In this document: positions 20,296-29,709 of the stretch, one piece after another
How the letters are laid out: each line of letters starts with the position of its first letter
Numbering within the stretch: the stretch's first letter is position 1
NCBI GenBank assembly: GCA_003820645.1
Contig: RPOR01000007.1
Location: forward strand, 1-59,558
DNA from: Betaproteobacteria bacterium
GTDB taxonomy: Bacteria > Pseudomonadota > Gammaproteobacteria > Burkholderiales > SG8-41
Length of the DNA stretch: 59,558 bases
Direction: 5' to 3'
Notes under the pieces: model-generated
What the model saw: the letters and a program-made list of their open reading frames with translations, nothing else
What the model was told of the DNA's origin: nothing
Databases searched by the model: none
Program-made: the position numbers and the translations under genes

Positions 20296-21735
20296 TCAGG
20301 AAAAAAATCCCTGCAGGAACCAGCGGGCGCGCATGCCATGCTCCCGGTATATCCACAGCAGCGCCTGCGCCTGGTTGCGGGCGATGAAGTAGTCGCGCAC
20401 CACTGCATGGTCGTCCCACCAGCCGGTTTCGATGCGTTCGGGGCCGGCGAGCAGCGTCAACGGTCCGTCGCAGTGGGGAACTGCGCCCTGTTCATGCAGG
20501 GCTCGCGGGCATTGCAGCAGCCACAGCGGGCGCTCGCCTGGTGCAGGTGATGCGGAAGGTGCCGTGCGCTCTTCCGGAGCGCACGCACGCCATGCCTGTT
20601 CCGGCCGGTGATCGGCAAACAATCGAAGACCGCAGATTGCGGCGGTGCCCAATCGTGCCTGCAGCTTTTCAAGCAGACGGATTCCGGCTTCGGTCCGGGT
20701 GCGGCTGTTGGGCAGCAATGGCTGATTTTCCGCAGCCAGCGCTTGCTGCTGTGTGCAGACCAGGCGGATCGCGGTGGCCGGCTGCGTCAGTTGCAGTGCC
20801 GCCAGGCGCTCGCGCAACAATGCCAGCAGGTGTTCCGGATCGCGACTGGCTGCAACCAGATTCAGGGCGAGGCGGGTGCGCTGGCGGCGCTCGTGGTAAA
20901 AAGTGAACTCTAGGCGCTGTGCTCCCTGACCGGTCGCTACCAGATGACCGCACATTTCCGCATACAGGCGCCGTGCGGCGAACAACAGGGCTGCGGCATG
21001 TTCTGCCGGTGCCGGCAATGTCAGCGTACTGCTGAAGATGCGGGGCGGCTTAAAAAGCGGGCGCGGATCAGGCAGTTTGCCCAGCGCACGGTCGATTTCG
21101 TCGAGCGCTTCCTGTCCCAGCCGCTGCGCCAGTCCGTCCCGGGGCAGCTGCCGGCAGTCGCCAATGGTGCGGCTGCCGAAACGCTCCAGCGCTAGCGCCG
21201 CTTCCGTGCTCTGCAATACCTGGACCGGCAGCCCGTTCAGCGCACGTGACAGGTTCTCCGGATGATCAAGGCATGCGCTGATTCCTGTCCGCACAAACCA
21301 CTGCGCGGCCAGCGGCGTGGGGGCGCATGCCATGCGGTAGGAGTAGCCCAGCTGCTGCAATCCATGACCGATTTTCGTGCGTATCGGAGCGATGCCGCCA
21401 AACAAAGCCAGCGAGCCGCCGATTTCCAACAACAGTTCTGCAGCGCCGGCGATGCTGACTTGCGAGGTGAACTGACAGGCCCAGGCAGCGATGCGCTCCA
21501 GCGCATGACACTCGGCCAGCGGGGCGCGGGGCATGATTTTGAGGTTTGCACACAGCGCCCAGGCCGATGCTGCCGTCATTCCGGGTCGTACACCACAGGC
21601 ATGCGCTGTCGCATCGCAGAGCAGCAGTCGTCCCTTGGTGGTTGCGTTTTCAGTGACTGCCAGCGGGCCTGAGATGCCGCCTCGGGCATGAACTTCCAGC
21701 GCGAGATGGGGTAAATGGAGGGCAAGCCAGAGCAT
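20296..21735 (-). CDS. imuB: ImuB, inactive Y-family polymerase-like scaffold
   Basis: GVRPGM, LLLEIGGSLALFGG, RPLWLL, GPERIETGWWD, RDYF; lies between imuA and dnaE2. Confidence 0.9.
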   Translation of the reverse strand: MLWLALHLPHLALEVHARGGISGPLAVTENATTKGRLLLCDATAHACGVRPGMTAASAWALCANLKIMPRAPLAECHALERIAAWACQFTSQVSIAGAAELLLEIGGSLALFGGIAPIRTKIGHGLQQLGYSYRMACAPTPLAAQWFVRTGISACLDHPENLSRALNGLPVQVLQSTEAALALERFGSRTIGDCRQLPRDGLAQRLGQEALDEIDRALGKLPDPRPLFKPPRIFSSTLTLPAPAEHAAALLFAARRLYAEMCGHLVATGQGAQRLEFTFYHERRQRTRLALNLVAASRDPEHLLALLRERLAALQLTQPATAIRLVCTQQQALAAENQPLLPNSRTRTEAGIRLLEKLQARLGTAAICGLRLFADHRPEQAWRACAPEERTAPSASPAPGERPLWLLQCPRALHEQGAVPHCDGPLTLLAGPERIETGWWDDHAVVRDYFIARNQAQALLWIYREHGMRARWFLQGFFS

Positions 21736-21771
21736 GGCACGGGCAACCGGGGGTACAGCCCGGACTGAAAA

Positions 21772-22473
21772 TCAGTGGGCAGTCTGCAGTCGTGATGCTG
21801 CGGTCGGCATCGGGAGCCATGGCGGTATGGACATTCGCCGGGTCAGCGCCCCATGCAGATCCAGTCTGACCGGCGGCGGAGTACCGCCGCCCCGGCGTTT
21901 CAGCACATTGATGACCGTATGGCCATCACTTTTGCCGACATGCAATCGCAAGGCAGCGGCAGGAAACGGCCGTGCTCCGCGCGAGCGGTACAGGATGGCC
22001 AGCGTGCCGTTGCGCTCGGCCGCGTGCTGCAGGCGCCGCAATGTGCGCTCCTGCGCCTGATTCAGCCATATCAATACGGCGCCGCACTGCCCCGAGTTGA
22101 GCAATTGCTCGCAGGCCCAGGCCTGTTCATCAGGGGATTCCGGGCGCAGCAGCAGCACCTGCTGCAATTGCACGCCGCGTGCGGCCAGTGCGGGTGCGTA
22201 GGGAACATAAGGCGGGGCAATCATCGCCAGCCAGCGCGCTTGCTGCGTCAGGCGCGCTGCCGCGGGCATTAGTAGCTGCAATTCGCCGATACCCGGACGT
22301 TCGACGTAAATTTCGGTCAACACTCCAACTGGCCAGACGCCGCCGGGCAGAGCCATATCAAGTTCGGCGTACCCTGTGGCTGGTCCGGACGCCAAAACAG
22401 CCGCGCAATCCCGACCACGCCAGACATTGGGGTTACTGAGGACAGCCTCCAGCGCTGGTGCGGCAACAGGCAT
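21772..22473 (-). CDS. imuA: ImuA (RecA/SulA-like translesion accessory protein)
   Basis: VWRG, TGYAELDMALPGGVWP, GIGELQLL, LRRLQHAA, LKRRG. Confidence 0.92.
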   Translation of the reverse strand: MPVAAPALEAVLSNPNVWRGRDCAAVLASGPATGYAELDMALPGGVWPVGVLTEIYVERPGIGELQLLMPAAARLTQQARWLAMIAPPYVPYAPALAARGVQLQQVLLLRPESPDEQAWACEQLLNSGQCGAVLIWLNQAQERTLRRLQHAAERNGTLAILYRSRGARPFPAAALRLHVGKSDGHTVINVLKRRGGGTPPPVRLDLHGALTRRMSIPPWLPMPTAASRLQTAH

Positions 22474-22477
22474 GACT

Positions 22478-23107
22478 TCACGACCATTTGCCGTTGCGGA
22501 TGACGCCGACTGCGATGCCCTCGATTTCCAGCGGTTCGCGCTTCAAATCGACGATAATGGGTTTGAAATCGGGGTTTTCCGCAATCAGTTCCACGGTATT
22601 GCGGGTACGCTGTATGCGTTTGACGGTTACTTCATCATGGAGTCGGGCGACGACAATCTGTCCGGACTTGAAATGCGGTGTGCGATGTACGGCCAGCAGG
22701 TCGCCTTCCAGGATGCCGGCATCGCGCATGCTCATGCCGCGCACCCTGAGCAGATAATCGGCCGCCGGCTCGAACAGTGCAGGGTCGATGCGGTAGCGCT
22801 GTTCGACGTTCTGCTCAGCCAGCATCGGACTGCCGGCGGCAACACGTCCGATAACCGGCAGGGTTGACTGCTGCTTCAGGCGGATGCCGCGCGAAGCGCC
22901 GGAAGTCATTGCGATGACGCCCTTGCGCTCAAGGGCACGCAAATGAGTTTCCGCCGCATTGGGGGAACTGAAGCCCATCGCGCTGCAGATTTCGGCGCGC
23001 GTGGGCGGAAATCCGGAGTCTTCGACATGCGCCTCGATCAGGCGCAGAATTTCCACCTGACGCGCAGTCAGGGGTTTGTGGTTTTCGGTGAGGTTTTCGT
23101 CGTCCAT
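22478..23107 (-). CDS. lexA: SOS repressor LexA
   Basis: [23 protein letters not shown] recognition helix, Ala-Gly cleavage site VAAG, catalytic GMSM and VTVK. Confidence 0.95.
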   Translation of the reverse strand: MDDENLTENHKPLTARQVEILRLIEAHVEDSGFPPTRAEICSAMGFSSPNAAETHLRALERKGVIAMTSGASRGIRLKQQSTLPVIGRVAAGSPMLAEQNVEQRYRIDPALFEPAADYLLRVRGMSMRDAGILEGDLLAVHRTPHFKSGQIVVARLHDEVTVKRIQRTRNTVELIAENPDFKPIIVDLKREPLEIEGIAVGVIRNGKWS

Positions 23108-23109
23108 AA

Positions 23110-23125
23110 CTGTAATTATATACAG
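23110..23125. promoter_or_regulatory. E. coli-type SOS (LexA) box overlapping the lexA -10 element
   Basis: CTGTAATTATATACAG fits CTGT-N8-ACAG, within the extended palindrome ATAACTGTA-N6-TACAGTTAT; minus strand reads TTGCGG-16nt-TATAAT-7nt-ATG. Confidence 0.92.
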
Positions 23126-23251
23126 TTATCGGATCCCCGCAAGTGACCCGCAACGGGAAACTGCTTTGCGCAGCTTATTTTTATATTTAATCTATTGATT
23201 TTTATATATTTTTTTACTGCTGCGTGCAGTATCGCGAGCCCTGCGGATTAG

Positions 23252-23281
23252 TGGACGAAATCTCCGGATTCTTGTTATACT
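23252..23281 (+). promoter_or_regulatory. Putative sigma70 promoter of the rimP-nusA-infB operon
   Basis: TGGACG-18nt-TATACT with extended -10 (TGtTATACT). Confidence 0.55.
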
Positions 23282-23326
23282 TCAAAGTTCTGTGAAACAG
23301 ATTGGGCAGCACCACGGATGGGCGGG

Positions 23327-23352
23327 ATGGGCGATTCGCCCATTTTTTGTTT
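23327..23352 (+). terminator. Terminator-like hairpin in the rimP leader (possible attenuator)
   Basis: ATGGGCG-ATT-CGCCCAT followed by TTTTTGTTT, ending about 17 nt before the rimP ATG. Confidence 0.6.
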
Positions 23353-23368
23353 GTGGTGCTGATATTGC

Positions 23369-23797
23369 ATGGATTTGCAGGGTTTGCTCGAAAATACGCT
23401 GGCTGGCCTCGGCTATGAAATGGTGGATCTGGAGCGTTCCGCCAAAGGGGCGCTGTTGCGCGTGTTTATCGACAAGTCCGGTGGCATCAATGTTGATGAT
23501 TGTGCCCTGGTGAGCAATCACCTGAGCCGGTTGTTCGCGGTGGAGAACATCAGTTACGAGCGATTGGAAGTATCGTCGCCCGGGCTGGACCGGCCACTGC
23601 GTACCGCGGGTGATTTTGCGCGGTTTACCGGGCAAAAGGCACGACTGAAACTGCGCCTCCCGGTGGAAGGGCAGCGCAATTTTGTCGGCGTATTGCGTGA
23701 GGCTGAAGCGGGCAAAGTGGGTCTGGAAGTCGACGGGCAGGTGCTGTCGCTTGACTTGGGCAATGTGGATAAAGCGCGGCTGGTGCCGGTGCTTTGA
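23369..23797 (+). CDS. rimP: Ribosome maturation factor RimP
   Basis: [31 protein letters not shown]. Confidence 0.95.
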   Translation: MDLQGLLENTLAGLGYEMVDLERSAKGALLRVFIDKSGGINVDDCALVSNHLSRLFAVENISYERLEVSSPGLDRPLRTAGDFARFTGQKARLKLRLPVEGQRNFVGVLREAEAGKVGLEVDGQVLSLDLGNVDKARLVPVL

Positions 23798-23810
23798 GCG
23801 GGAGACGGAA

Positions 23811-25295
23811 ATGGGTCGTGAAATTCTGTTGTTGGTTGACGCGCTGGCGCGCGAAAAGAACGTCGACAAGGAAATCGTGTTCGGCGCGCTCGAACTCGCC
23901 CTGGCTTCGGCGGCCAAGAAACGCTTTACCGAAGACGTGGATATCCGGGCTGCGGTGGACCGCGCCACTGGCGAATTTTCCTTTTTCCGCCGCTGGGAAG
24001 TGGTGAAAAACGAAGAAATTGAAATCCCTTCTCGCCAATACAAGCTGCATGAAGCGCAGGAAGAGAATCCGGACGCGCAACTCGGTGAATTCATCGAGGA
24101 GCCGCTGGAAGGTATGGACGTCGGCCGCATTGGTGCCCAGACGGCCAAGCAGGTGATCGTCCAGAAAATCCGCGATGCCGAGCGCGAGCAGATTCTCAAC
24201 GACTTCCTTGCCCGCAAGGAGCATCTGGTCACCGGGGTAATCAAGCGCATGGAGCGCGGCAACGCCATTGTCGAATCCGGCCGTCTCGAGGCGATGCTGC
24301 CGCGAGATCAGATGATTCCCAAGGAAAATCTCCGTCTCGGTGACCGCGTCCGCGCCTACGTCTGGAAAGTCGATCGCCTCGCGCGCGGCCCGCACCTGAT
24401 TCTGTCGCGCACAGCACCGGAATTTCTCGCCAAGCTGTTTGAGCTCGAAGTGCCGGAAATCGAAGAGGGGTTGCTCGAAATCAAGGGGGCAGCGCGTGAT
24501 CCCGGATCAAGGGCAAAGATCGCCGTGCATTCCAAGGATCCCCGTATCGATCCGATCGGCACTTGCGTCGGCATGCGCGGCTCGCGCGTACAGGCAGTGA
24601 CTGCCGAACTGGCGCAGGAGCGCGTGGACATTGTGCTGTGGAATCCGGACCCTGCGCAATTCGTCATTAATGCGCTCGCGCCGGCAGAAGTGAGCAGCAT
24701 CGTCGTCGACGAAGAGAAACACAGCATGGACATCGTGGTCGACGAGGAAAACCTCGCGCAGGCGATCGGCCGCAGCGGACAGAACGTCCGCCTGGCGGGC
24801 GAACTCACCGGCTGGGAACTGAATCTGATGACCGAGGTTGACGCGAAGAAAAAAAGCGAAGAAGAAACGTCACGCACGCGCGCCGAATTCATGGAAAAAC
24901 TCGATGTCGACGAAGAGGTCGCCGACATTCTGGTGCAGGAGGGCTTCACGACCCTGGAAGAGGTGGCTTATGTGCCGCTGACCGAAATGCTGGAGATGGA
25001 GGCTTTCGACGAGGCCACCGTCAACGAGCTGCGCAGCCGTGCCCGCAATGCGCTGCTGACACAGGCGATTGCCAGCGAGGAAAAAGTCGAGCATGACATC
25101 GAGGACCTGATGAAAGTCGAGGGCATGGACAATGACACGGCACGTCTGCTCGCCTCCAAAGGCATTGCCACCCAGGAAGATCTGGCCGACTACGCGGCCG
25201 ACGATCTCGTGGAGTTGACGGCGCTCGACTCCGAACGTGCAAAAACGCTGATCATGGCGGCACGCGCGCCGTGGTTCGCTGAAACCAACGCTTGA
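23811..25295 (+). CDS. nusA: Transcription termination/antitermination factor NusA
   Basis: [13 protein letters not shown]1 and KH domains ([24 protein letters not shown]), C-terminal acidic repeats; start ATG 23811. Confidence 0.97.
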   Translation: MGREILLLVDALAREKNVDKEIVFGALELALASAAKKRFTEDVDIRAAVDRATGEFSFFRRWEVVKNEEIEIPSRQYKLHEAQEENPDAQLGEFIEEPLEGMDVGRIGAQTAKQVIVQKIRDAEREQILNDFLARKEHLVTGVIKRMERGNAIVESGRLEAMLPRDQMIPKENLRLGDRVRAYVWKVDRLARGPHLILSRTAPEFLAKLFELEVPEIEEGLLEIKGAARDPGSRAKIAVHSKDPRIDPIGTCVGMRGSRVQAVTAELAQERVDIVLWNPDPAQFVINALAPAEVSSIVVDEEKHSMDIVVDEENLAQAIGRSGQNVRLAGELTGWELNLMTEVDAKKKSEEETSRTRAEFMEKLDVDEEVADILVQEGFTTLEEVAYVPLTEMLEMEAFDEATVNELRSRARNALLTQAIASEEKVEHDIEDLMKVEGMDNDTARLLASKGIATQEDLADYAADDLVELTALDSERAKTLIMAARAPWFAETNA

Positions 25296-25312
25296 CACTG
25301 CAAAAGTAATCG

Positions 25313-27865
25313 ATGCCACAGATCAAAATCAAAGAGTTTGCCCAGGAACTGGGCGTCCAGCCGGAACTGCTTCTTGAGCAGTTGCGAGCTGCCGGCGTAA
25401 AAAAAGCGCTGACCGGTGACGCGGCGCTGACTGAAAAAGACAAGACACAGCTTCTCGACTATCTGCGGGAGGCGCATGGCGGCAAGGAGAGCAAGCAGAA
25501 GATCACGCTGACCCGCCGGCAGACGACTGAAATCAAGAAGGCTGACGCCACCACTGGCAAAGCCCGGACGATTCAGGTCGAAGTGCGCAAGAAACGGGTG
25601 CTGGTCAAGCGCGATGCGGTTGAGCCGGAAAAAGCCGAGGAGCAGACGGCCAGGCCGGTGATCGACGCCGCAGAGCTCGCTGCCCGCGAAGCCGAGGCGA
25701 AACAGCAGGCCGAACTTGCTTCGCGACAAGCCGAGGATGCCGCGAAGAAGCAGGAAAAGCGAAAAAAATCCCAAGCCGCTGCGGAAAGCGCAGCCGAAGC
25801 CGCCTCGGCGAAGGAAGCGCCGATCGCTGCACCTCCTGGCACGGCTGCAGAAACTGCAGCAGCAGAGCCGGTGGTCGAGGGCACGATACACAAGCCTGCC
25901 GTACCTGCAGGCGATGCTGCCGGCAAGGCAAAAAAAGGCGCAAAGAAACCGGTCAAGCAGGTCGTCTGGCAGGATCCCACGGCACGCAAGCGCAGCATCA
26001 AGACGCGCGGTGATGCCTCGGGTGGTCTCGGCTGGCGTGACCGCAAGGTACATCGTACCTCTCACAAGCAGGATGGCGACCAGCAGCATGGCTTTACGGC
26101 GCCCACCGAACCCTTGGTGCGGGAGGTTCTGGTGCCGGAAACCATCACGGTCGGTGACCTTGCACACAAAATGGCAGTCAAGGCCGCCGAGGTCATCAAG
26201 ACACTGATGAAACTCGGCACGATGGCCACGATCAATCAGGTTCTCGATCAGGACACCGCAATCATCCTCGTCGAAGAGATGGGCCATGTTGCCAAGCGCG
26301 CAAAACTTGATGAACCCGATGCATTCCTTGTCGAGTCGGCGGGGCAGGTCGAGGCGGAGCCGCGCGCACCGGTGGTGACGGTGATGGGGCACGTTGACCA
26401 CGGCAAGACTTCATTGCTCGATTACATTCGCCGCACCCGCGTTGCCAGCGGCGAAGCCGGCGGGATTACGCAGCATATCGGTGCATATCACGTTGAAACG
26501 GCGCGCGGAATGATCACTTTCCTCGACACGCCGGGTCATGAGGCGTTCACCGCTATGCGGGCCCGTGGTGCGAAGGTAACCGATCTCGTGATTCTGGTGG
26601 TTGCGGCCGACGACGGCGTCATGCCGCAGACTGCGGAGGCGATCCATCATGCCAAGGCCGCGAAAGTCCCGATGATCGTCGCGCTCAACAAGATCGACAA
26701 ACCGGAAGCCAATCCGGAGCGCGTCAAGCAGGATCTCGCCGCGCGCGAAGTGGTTCCGGAAGAGTGGGGCGGCGACACGATGTTCGTCGAGGTATCGGCA
26801 ACGACTGGCCAGGGCATCGATAGCCTGCTCGAGCGGATTCTGCTGCAGGCCGAAGTGCTCGAACTGAAAGCACCGCGTGATGCACCGGCAAAAGGTATCG
26901 TCGTGGAATCCCGTCTTGACAAGGGCCGTGGTCCGGTGGCGACCATACTGGTGCAGTCAGGTACCCTGAAGCGTGGCGATATCGTTCTGGCGGGTGCGGT
27001 ATTCGGGCGCGTGCGCGCATTGCTGGACGAAACCGGGAAAACCATTGATTCCGCCGGGCCGTCCATCCCCGTGGAAGTGCTGGGTTTATCGGACGTGCCG
27101 GCGGCCGGTGCTGAAGTGATGGTACTTGGTGACGAACGCAAGGCACGGGAAATCGCGTTATTCCGCCAAGGCAAGTTCCGCGACGTGAAATTGGCCAAAC
27201 AGCAGGCGGCCAAGCTCGAGAACATCTTTGAACAGATGGGCGAGGGTGAGGTCAAAACGCTGTCGCTGATCATCAAGGCGGACGTCCAAGGTTCCTATGA
27301 GGGCCTGACGCATGCGCTTAGCAAGCTCTCGACTGACGAAGTGAAGGTCAATATCGTACATGCCGCGATCGGCGGCATCACCGAGTCTGACGTCAATCTC
27401 GCGCTTGCGTCCAAGGCGGTGATCATCGGCTTCAATACCCGTGCCGACAACATGGCGCGCAAGCTGGCCGAAGGCAACGGTGTTGATATCCGTTATTACA
27501 ACGTAATTTACGATGCCGTCGATGAAATCAAGGCGGCACTCACCGGTATGCTTTCGCCGGAACGCAAGGAAAACGCGATCGGTCTGGTGGAGATACGCCA
27601 GGTTTTCCGCATCTCGAAAATCGGCTCCGTTGCGGGGTGTTATGTGCTGGAAGGTCTGATCCGCCGCGGCTCGAAAGTCCGATTACTCCGCGACAATGTC
27701 GTTATCCACGAAGGCGAACTCGACTCATTGAAGCGCTTCAAGGACGATGTGCGCGAAGTGAAAGCCGGGTTCGAGTGCGGCTTGTCACTCAAAAACTTCA
27801 ATGACATCAAAGAAGGCGACCAGTTGGAAGTCTTCGAGGTCGTCGAAGTGGCAAGGACTTTATAG
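25313..27865 (+). CDS. infB: Translation initiation factor IF-2
   Basis: [35 protein letters not shown]. Confidence 0.98.
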   Translation: MPQIKIKEFAQELGVQPELLLEQLRAAGVKKALTGDAALTEKDKTQLLDYLREAHGGKESKQKITLTRRQTTEIKKADATTGKARTIQVEVRKKRVLVKRDAVEPEKAEEQTARPVIDAAELAAREAEAKQQAELASRQAEDAAKKQEKRKKSQAAAESAAEAASAKEAPIAAPPGTAAETAAAEPVVEGTIHKPAVPAGDAAGKAKKGAKKPVKQVVWQDPTARKRSIKTRGDASGGLGWRDRKVHRTSHKQDGDQQHGFTAPTEPLVREVLVPETITVGDLAHKMAVKAAEVIKTLMKLGTMATINQVLDQDTAIILVEEMGHVAKRAKLDEPDAFLVESAGQVEAEPRAPVVTVMGHVDHGKTSLLDYIRRTRVASGEAGGITQHIGAYHVETARGMITFLDTPGHEAFTAMRARGAKVTDLVILVVAADDGVMPQTAEAIHHAKAAKVPMIVALNKIDKPEANPERVKQDLAAREVVPEEWGGDTMFVEVSATTGQGIDSLLERILLQAEVLELKAPRDAPAKGIVVESRLDKGRGPVATILVQSGTLKRGDIVLAGAVFGRVRALLDETGKTIDSAGPSIPVEVLGLSDVPAAGAEVMVLGDERKAREIALFRQGKFRDVKLAKQQAAKLENIFEQMGEGEVKTLSLIIKADVQGSYEGLTHALSKLSTDEVKVNIVHAAIGGITESDVNLALASKAVIIGFNTRADNMARKLAEGNGVDIRYYNVIYDAVDEIKAALTGMLSPERKENAIGLVEIRQVFRISKIGSVAGCYVLEGLIRRGSKVRLLRDNVVIHEGELDSLKRFKDDVREVKAGFECGLSLKNFNDIKEGDQLEVFEVVEVARTL

Positions 27866-27928
27866 CGCAGTTCCGGATGATGTTGGTCCGGACCGGCGCT
27901 CCGTCGCCGGCTGCAGATTGGGGGTACC

Positions 27929-28303
27929 ATGCCTAAAGATTTTCCCCGCGGACGGCGCATTGCCGATCAGATCCAGCGCGAGCTGTCCGACATCATCCGG
28001 CTTGAGATCAAGGATCCGCGCGTCGATCTTGTCACCATTACCGATGTCGAGGTGACGCAGGACAATGCCCACGCCAAGGTGTTTTTTACGGTGCTTGGAG
28101 AGCCGGTCCAGCAGGAGGCCGCCAGCAAAGCGCTCGAGCACGCCGCAGGATTCCTGCGCAGCACACTCGCGAAACGCATCAAATTGCGTACCGTTCCTCA
28201 GCTCCATTTTCACTACGATATTTCGGTCGAACGCGGCATGCGGCTCTCCCGGCTCATCGACGAGGCTGTCGCCGGAGATGCGGCGGAGAAAAAACGGCCG
28301 TGA
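27929..28303 (+). CDS. rbfA: Ribosome-binding factor A
   Basis: [32 protein letters not shown]. Confidence 0.95.
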   Translation: MPKDFPRGRRIADQIQRELSDIIRLEIKDPRVDLVTITDVEVTQDNAHAKVFFTVLGEPVQQEAASKALEHAAGFLRSTLAKRIKLRTVPQLHFHYDISVERGMRLSRLIDEAVAGDAAEKKRP

Positions 28304-29250
28304 CGGCAGCTGCCACCCGCGATGCGGTTGACGGCGTTCTGCTGCTGAACAAGCCGCGGGGCTTGACTTCGCAGCAGGCCGTGGTGCGGGCCAAGCGCCT
28401 GTTCTGGGCACGCAAGGCGGGCCACACCGGGACACTCGATCCACTGGCCGACGGCCTGCTGCCGATCGGATTCGGCGAGGCGACCAAGTTTTCGCAGTTT
28501 CTGCTTGACGCCGACAAGGGCTATCTTGCCACGTTGCGGTTGGGCACCGTCACCGCCACGGGCGATGCCGAGGGGGATGTCATCCAACAGAGGCCGGTGG
28601 CGGTGACGCTATCCCAGGTGACCGTGGCGTTGCAGGCTTTCGTCGGTCCATTGCAGCAAACGCCGCCGATGCACGCTGCCATCAAAGTGCGGGGCAAACC
28701 GCTGTATGCTTATGCGCGCGCCGGGGAAACCGTGGCCCGGGAGCCACGGCAAGTTACAATCAACAGCATACAATTAATTGATTTTATTGAGAAAACCTTA
28801 ACGCTGCGCATCTCCTGCAGCAAAGGGACTTATATCCGTGTACTGGCCGAGGACATCGGTGCTGCGCTGGGTTGTGGTGCCCACCTGACCGCATTGACGC
28901 GGGAGCAGGCGGGTGAATTCGCTCTGGCAGACGCCGTGTCGATCGATGACTTGGAAGGCATGGCCATGCCACAGCGGCGGGAACGACTGCAGCCACCGGA
29001 GACTTTCGCCTCCGGCCTGACACGTCTTGACGTTGCTGCGAACGATGAACGCCGGCTCATTTCCGGTCAGCGGGTCGATCTGGGACCGACTGCGATACCT
29101 GGACTGTGCCGGCTGTATGGGTCCGAGGGCGTATTTTTCGGCATCGGTGAGGTGAACGCGGGTTTGCTGGCAGCCCGTCGCTTGGTGAGCCAGCTGCAGG
29201 GCGAGGTTTCAGGCCAAAACGGCTTGAGTAATCCTGTAGTTACGGGGTAA
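28300..29250 (+). CDS. truB: tRNA pseudouridine(55) synthase
   Basis: [28 protein letters not shown]. Confidence 0.96.
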   Translation: MTAAATRDAVDGVLLLNKPRGLTSQQAVVRAKRLFWARKAGHTGTLDPLADGLLPIGFGEATKFSQFLLDADKGYLATLRLGTVTATGDAEGDVIQQRPVAVTLSQVTVALQAFVGPLQQTPPMHAAIKVRGKPLYAYARAGETVAREPRQVTINSIQLIDFIEKTLTLRISCSKGTYIRVLAEDIGAALGCGAHLTALTREQAGEFALADAVSIDDLEGMAMPQRRERLQPPETFASGLTRLDVAANDERRLISGQRVDLGPTAIPGLCRLYGSEGVFFGIGEVNAGLLAARRLVSQLQGEVSGQNGLSNPVVTG

Positions 29251-29253
29251 AAT
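29224..29253 (+). promoter_or_regulatory. Putative rpsO promoter inside the truB 3' end
   Basis: TTGAGT-18nt-TAAAAT followed by AACGCG; the truB stop TAA is the first half of the -10. Confidence 0.55.
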
Positions 29254-29280
29254 AACGCGTTTTTTCGTCGGAGATAGAAC

Positions 29281-29550
29281 ATGGCTGTAACCACTGCCCA
29301 GAAGGCACAAGTTTTGCAGGACTTTCAGCGTGCCAAGGGCGATACGGGCTCGCCGGAGGTCCAGGTCGCGCTGCTGACTGCGCGCATCACGGATCTGACC
29401 GAGCATTTCAAGGCGCATAACAAGGATCATCACTCCCGTCGCGGTTTGCTGAGGATGGTCAGTACGCGTCGTAAGCTGCTGGATTACCTGAAAAGAACCA
29501 AGGCCGAGCAGTACAAGGCGCTGATCGAGCGTCTTGGCCTTCGCAAGTAA
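29281..29550 (+). CDS. rpsO: 30S ribosomal protein S15
   Basis: [28 protein letters not shown]; 89 aa. Confidence 0.98.
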   Translation: MAVTTAQKAQVLQDFQRAKGDTGSPEVQVALLTARITDLTEHFKAHNKDHHSRRGLLRMVSTRRKLLDYLKRTKAEQYKALIERLGLRK

Positions 29551-29661
29551 GCTCGCGCAATGCAGGCCAGCAATGGCGGCGTCCGTGAGCATTCCGCGCG
29601 GCGCATGGTGCGCAAGCCGATGCTGGGGGGCATCGGCTGCTGATCGTTATTGATCCTCCGG

Positions 29662-29690
29662 AAGACCGCGTGTGCGGTCTTTTTTGTTTT
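29662..29690 (+). terminator. Intrinsic terminator between rpsO and pnp
   Basis: AAGACCGC-GTGT-GCGGTCTT plus T tract. Confidence 0.8.
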
Positions 29691-29709
29691 TGAGAAAAGG
29701 AAAATCACT

